DNA of 64,000 nucleotides from Eubacteriales bacterium. Lineage in GTDB: Bacteria > Bacillota > Clostridia > Oscillospirales > JAAYXM01. The DNA is taken from NCBI GenBank assembly GCA_045546975.1, contig JAZQDV010000010.1, forward strand, positions 257,039 through 321,038, read 5' to 3'. Both the position numbers and the translations under genes were made by a program. This document shows, piece by piece, positions 60,477 through 64,000 of this stretch. The notes beneath the pieces were generated by a model, which worked only from the letters and a program-made list of their open reading frames with translations, had not been told where the DNA came from and did not search any database. The first letter of the stretch is position 1. Every line of letters begins with the position of its first letter.

Positions 60477-61949
60477 GTGGAAAACATATATCGTGATATA
60501 TCACAGAGAACTGACGGGGATATTTACATAGGCGTAGTAGGCCCTGTCCGAAGCGGAAAATCAACATTGATTAAACGCTTTATGGAAACACTTGTGCTTC
60601 CGAATATTGAGAACATTTACACAAAAGAACGCGCACGGGACGAATTGCCACAGAGTGGATCTGGGAAAACTATTATGACCGCAGAACCCAAATTTGTTCC
60701 CGAGGAAGCGGTAAATATTTCGCTTGACGATGCCGCAGGCTTTAACGTAAGAATGATAGACTGTGTAGGTTATATGGTGGATGGCGCTATCGGTGATACC
60801 GAGGAGGGGACTCCCAGAATGGTGACAACTCCGTGGTGTGAGGGCGAAATACCGATGACTGAGGCTGCGGAAATAGGGACGCGAAAGGTCATCACCGAGC
60901 ACTCAACGATAGGCCTTGTCGTTACAACTGACGGAAGCATCACGGATATTCCGAGAGAGAGCTATGTTGCGGCTGAGGAGAGGGTTATAGAGGAGTTGCA
61001 GAGTATAGGAAAGCCATTTATAGTTCTTGTAAACTCTCAATATCCTGAGGGCGAAAAGGCAAAGAATATCGCAAAAGAGATTTCGGAAAAGTATAATGTA
61101 ACTTGTCTTCCTGTAAACTGTATGGCACTTGATGAGGAAGGTATACGTCATATTATAAAGAAAATTCTTTACGAGTTCCCGTTGACAAGAATAGAAATTT
61201 GTCTTCCTGCATGGTTTGAATCCTTGCCCAGCACACATAAAATTAAAAAAGAGATTTACGAGGGGATTTTGCAGGGGACAGAGAATACAGAGAGAATCAG
61301 AGACATAAACGACTGCGTTGATGTTATGAATAAATGTCCGTACCTTTCAGAGCTCTCTCTTTCTGAGATTGAACTCGGAAGTGGAAGGGCAGTTGCAACG
61401 GCACAGCTTCCGAGAAAGCTCTTTTACGATATTTTAAGTGAGGAGACGGGGTTTGAACTCGAAAGTGATAACGACCTTGTTCCGCTTCTTTCACGCCTTT
61501 CAAAGGTCAATACGGAATACTCACGTGTTTCGTATGCTTTGAAGCAGGTTGAGGAAACGGGGTACGGAATCGTGATGCCGTCAATTGATGAGCTAACCTT
61601 AGCTGAGCCTGAAATCGTAAAGCAGGGTGGACAGTACGGAGTACGTCTGCATGCAAGCGCACCGTCTATTCACATGATGCGCACAGATATAACAACTGAG
61701 GTCGCACCGATAGTAGGCAGTGAAAAACAGTCAGAAGAGCTTGTGGTGTGCATGCTCCGTGAGTTTGAAGACTCGCCCGAAAAAATATGGGAAACAAACA
61801 TTTTTGGAAAGTCGCTGTACTCTCTTGTAAACGAAGGACTTCATAATAAGCTCAACAAAATGCCGCAGGATGCACAGATGAAACTTCGTGAAACGGTAGA
61901 GAGAATAACAAACGAAACCTGCTCGGGTCTTATTTGTATAATATTGTAA
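60477..61949 (+). CDS. spoIVA: stage IV sporulation protein A (spore coat basement-layer ATPase)
   Basis: NIYRDISQRTDGDIYIGVVGPVRSGKSTLIKRFME, including the Walker A. GTG 60477 sits 6 nt after GGAGGA. ATG 60471 is too close to the RBS. Confidence 0.95.
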   Translation: MENIYRDISQRTDGDIYIGVVGPVRSGKSTLIKRFMETLVLPNIENIYTKERARDELPQSGSGKTIMTAEPKFVPEEAVNISLDDAAGFNVRMIDCVGYMVDGAIGDTEEGTPRMVTTPWCEGEIPMTEAAEIGTRKVITEHSTIGLVVTTDGSITDIPRESYVAAEERVIEELQSIGKPFIVLVNSQYPEGEKAKNIAKEISEKYNVTCLPVNCMALDEEGIRHIIKKILYEFPLTRIEICLPAWFESLPSTHKIKKEIYEGILQGTENTERIRDINDCVDVMNKCPYLSELSLSEIELGSGRAVATAQLPRKLFYDILSEETGFELESDNDLVPLLSRLSKVNTEYSRVSYALKQVEETGYGIVMPSIDELTLAEPEIVKQGGQYGVRLHASAPSIHMMRTDITTEVAPIVGSEKQSEELVVCMLREFEDSPEKIWETNIFGKSLYSLVNEGLHNKLNKMPQDAQMKLRETVERITNETCSGLICIIL

Positions 61950-61987
61950 AATGATAAGTGTTAGTTTGTGTTACGCAATGCTTCGTG

Positions 61988-62016
61988 CTGACAAGTTTTG
62001 TTTCAGATGATATAAT
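61988..62016 (+). promoter_or_regulatory. candidate sigma-A-type promoter upstream of the DegT-family gene
   Basis: CTGACA (61988-93), 17-nt spacer, TATAAT (62011-16). Overlaps the left arm of the 18-bp inverted repeat. Confidence 0.4.
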
Positions 62017-62058
62017 AAACTCACCTCGTAAACTGATCAATTTACGAGGTGAGTTTAT
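62015..62058 (+). terminator. 18-bp perfect inverted repeat after spoIVA (terminator and/or operator)
   Basis: ataaactcacctcgtaaa (62015-32), 8-nt loop, tttacgaggtgagtttat (62041-58). GC-rich core with A/T-rich flanks. Confidence 0.5.
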
Positions 62059-62073
62059 AAATAATACTAAAAC

Positions 62074-63400
62074 TTGAAGAACGAGATGGAATTGAAAATG
62101 GGAACAGATTTCAGATATAATACAGGGGCAACAAAGGTGCCATGGGCAGCTGTGGGCGAGAACTACAATGTTCACGATTTGATGGAAATAATTCGTTTTC
62201 TTATGCAAGGCGAAGGAAAAGAATACGATGATGCACTTGAGGCTGTATGGCAGCAGGTAAAGAAGCTTGAGCCTCTTGCGACACCGCCTGGAAAACTTTC
62301 TTTGGGAAGCAAAGTTGAAGAAGCTAAGGCTGCTTGTAATGAGTATCTCGGAACAACTACTTCAACCTTTGTGACAAATGCAACCGCAGGTTTTGAAATT
62401 GCATATAAATATGCAAATCTCAAACCGGGGGATGAGGTTATTGTTCCTGCCATCACTTTCGTTGCAACAATGGCATATCCTCTTGCAATAGGTGCTAAAC
62501 TGGTTTTTGCCGATGTTGATCCGAAAACCATCAATATGGACCCTGCAGATGTTGCAAGAAAGATTACAGACAAAACAAAAATGATAGTACCTGTACATAT
62601 TGGCGGATATCCTGTTGACATGGATCCGATTATGGAACTTGCAAAAAAAACACGATATCCTTGTACTTGAAGATGCCGCGCACGCATTCGGCGCAATGTA
62701 TAAGGGTAGAAAGATTGGTACAATTGGTGACTTTGCTGCATTTTCGATGCACGAGGTCAAGAATATCACCTCTTTTGGTGAAGGTGGTATTGCTACAACA
62801 AATGTACCGGGATTTGGTCCTGAAATGAAAAGAGCGCGTTTTCTCGGTCTTGATTTTTCATGTCCCATCAAGGATTGGCTTTACAATATTACACCGATCC
62901 AGGGCAAATACGAACCCTTTGTAGCAGGAAACAGTTCCACAACAGAAATTCAGGGACTTGGTCTTACACTGCAGGTTGCAAGGAATGAAGAGATTATAGA
63001 AACAAGAAGGAAAGCTGCTGCATATCTTACAGAAAGATTTTCTGTGTGCGATGCCATTATTCCGCAGGATATCGGCAATGATGATATCAAGCCATCTTTC
63101 CACCTTTATCTTCTTCAGATTGATCCCGCAAAGGCAGGCGGAAATGTTCAGGTTCTCAAAGAAAAGCTTGAAAAAAGAAGTGTCACACAGATTGCGCACT
63201 TTGGTCCTCTTTACAGATTCAAGGTTGTTCAGGATATGGGATACGATTCGGATGAGATTGCAAAAACATGTCCCAACTGTGAAGATGAATTTTACAACAG
63301 GTTTACGCACTTGCCCTTGTACGGTTTGAGTGATGAACAGCTTGAGTATATGGCCGATGCTGTACTGGAATCAATAGCAGAAATGCAGGCAGGTAAATAA
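62074..63400 (+). pseudogene. DegT/DnrJ/EryC1/StrS-family sugar aminotransferase interrupted by a +1 frameshift in an A8 tract
   Basis: Two overlapping ORFs, 62074-62670 and 62600-63400. Deleting one A from 62643-62650 gives the continuous sequence ...DPIMELAKKHDILVLEDAAHAFGA...SMHEVKNITSFGEGG. The start is uncertain (TTG 62074, ATG 62086 or ATG 62098). Confidence 0.8.
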
Positions 63401-63425
63401 GTTTAAGGCTTATATAAGAACAGAA

Positions 63426-63457
63426 AAAACACGGTATCCGAAAGGATACCGTGTTTT
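63426..63457. terminator. bidirectional terminator between convergent genes
   Basis: Stem aaaacacggtatcc/ggataccgtgtttt with a GAAA loop. A-run upstream and T-rich sequence downstream. Confidence 0.8.
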
Positions 63458-63468
63458 GATTTTAAGGA

Positions 63469-64000
63469 TTAAAGGTTTTCTTCGCAGAATTTAAGATCTT
63501 CGACTGTGTTGACGCCATATATCTCGCAAGTGTCACCGATGGTATAAGACTCAACTTTTTTGCCGTCTGCAATAAAGAGCTTCGGAACATCTGTAAGGTA
63601 ATATTCACCCTGTGCGTTGTTGTTGCGAAGCTTTGAAAGGTTTTCGAAAAGTGCCTTTGAGTTAAATACGTAAACACCGACGTTGAGCTCGTTGATTTTG
63701 AGTTGCTCGGGAGTGCAGTCCTTCTGCTCGACGATGTCAACGATTTTGCCGTTTTCACGGACGATTCTTCCGTAAGCAAGGGGGGAGTCACTTATAGAAG
63801 TGAGGAACGTACAATCCGCACCGCTCTCTTCGTGGGTTTTTACCATTGCTGCATAAGTTTCCTTCTTGAGCATAGGCATATCCCCGTAAAGGACAAGAAC
63901 ACTTCCGTCATAATCCTTGAAGTATTCCTTTGCAGAAGCAACTGCATGGCCTGTGCCAAGCTGTTCCTCCTGAACTGCAAACTTATAATCTCCCTTTGTT
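63469..64000 (-). CDS. sugar-1-phosphate nucleotidyltransferase, GlmU N-terminal-domain-like (5' end beyond the window)
   Basis: The frame stays open upstream of the track Met through 64000 and reads ...QEEQLGTGHAVASAKEYFKDYDGSVLVLYGDMPMLKK... It stops at 63469 with no left-handed beta-helix acetyltransferase domain. Confidence 0.8.
   Translation of the reverse strand, partial: TKGDYKFAVQEEQLGTGHAVASAKEYFKDYDGSVLVLYGDMPMLKKETYAAMVKTHEESGADCTFLTSISDSPLAYGRIVRENGKIVDIVEQKDCTPEQLKINELNVGVYVFNSKALFENLSKLRNNNAQGEYYLTDVPKLFIADGKKVESYTIGDTCEIYGVNTVEDLKFCEENL

Noticed and set aside
62172-62871. Two overlapping minus-strand ORFs (189 and 169 aa) opposite the DegT gene.
   Set aside because: They are antisense artefacts of the aminotransferase frames. 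The plus-strand frames carry the family motifs.

Overview
This 64-kb window is almost entirely conserved core genome from a spore-forming Firmicute. The gene content looks like Clostridia, but that is an inference and I cannot name a species. It is densely packed with about 58 protein genes, one tRNA and short intergenic regions. Content by theme: purine salvage (NCS2 permease plus a phosphoribosyltransferase); groES-groEL behind a perfect CIRCE operator; PBP1A; rpsB-tsf; rlmB, era, recO, mutS2, uvrC, rsmD and coaD; a long minus-strand operon mtaB-murB-rapZ-whiA-dnaE-pfkA; murD, tmcAL, ackA, asnS and purB; secD-secF and nrdR; a stand-alone tRNA-Pro(GGG); an NSS transporter; rplS-lepB-rbgA-rnhB-yraN; thrC; tig-clpP-clpX-lon-engB-lysA; and the sporulation genes ylmC/ymxH, ylbJ and spoIVA, the last with a sigma-E-type promoter. 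I found no CRISPR array, transposase, integrase, phage genes or defence-like operon, and I cannot support any claim of a new multi-gene system. The loci worth a second look are: (1) a perfect 76-bp duplication of the tRNA-Pro 3' end plus its terminator, with a highly structured ORF-free 110-nt spacer; (2) a DegT-family sugar aminotransferase split by a +1 frameshift in an A8 tract, beside a GlmU-N-domain-only nucleotidyltransferase at the window edge; (3) a 708-aa membrane protein that looks like a P1B-type ATPase with every catalytic motif lost; (4) two HPr-fold proteins that lack the His15 phosphorylation site but keep the Ser46 motif, and a rapZ-whiA pair with no yvcK between them; (5) a trigger factor with an 85-aa Lys/Ala/Thr repeat tail. 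Several start codons were moved downstream of the ORF-track starts on RBS evidence. All product calls come from motifs read by eye in the translations, not from database searches.
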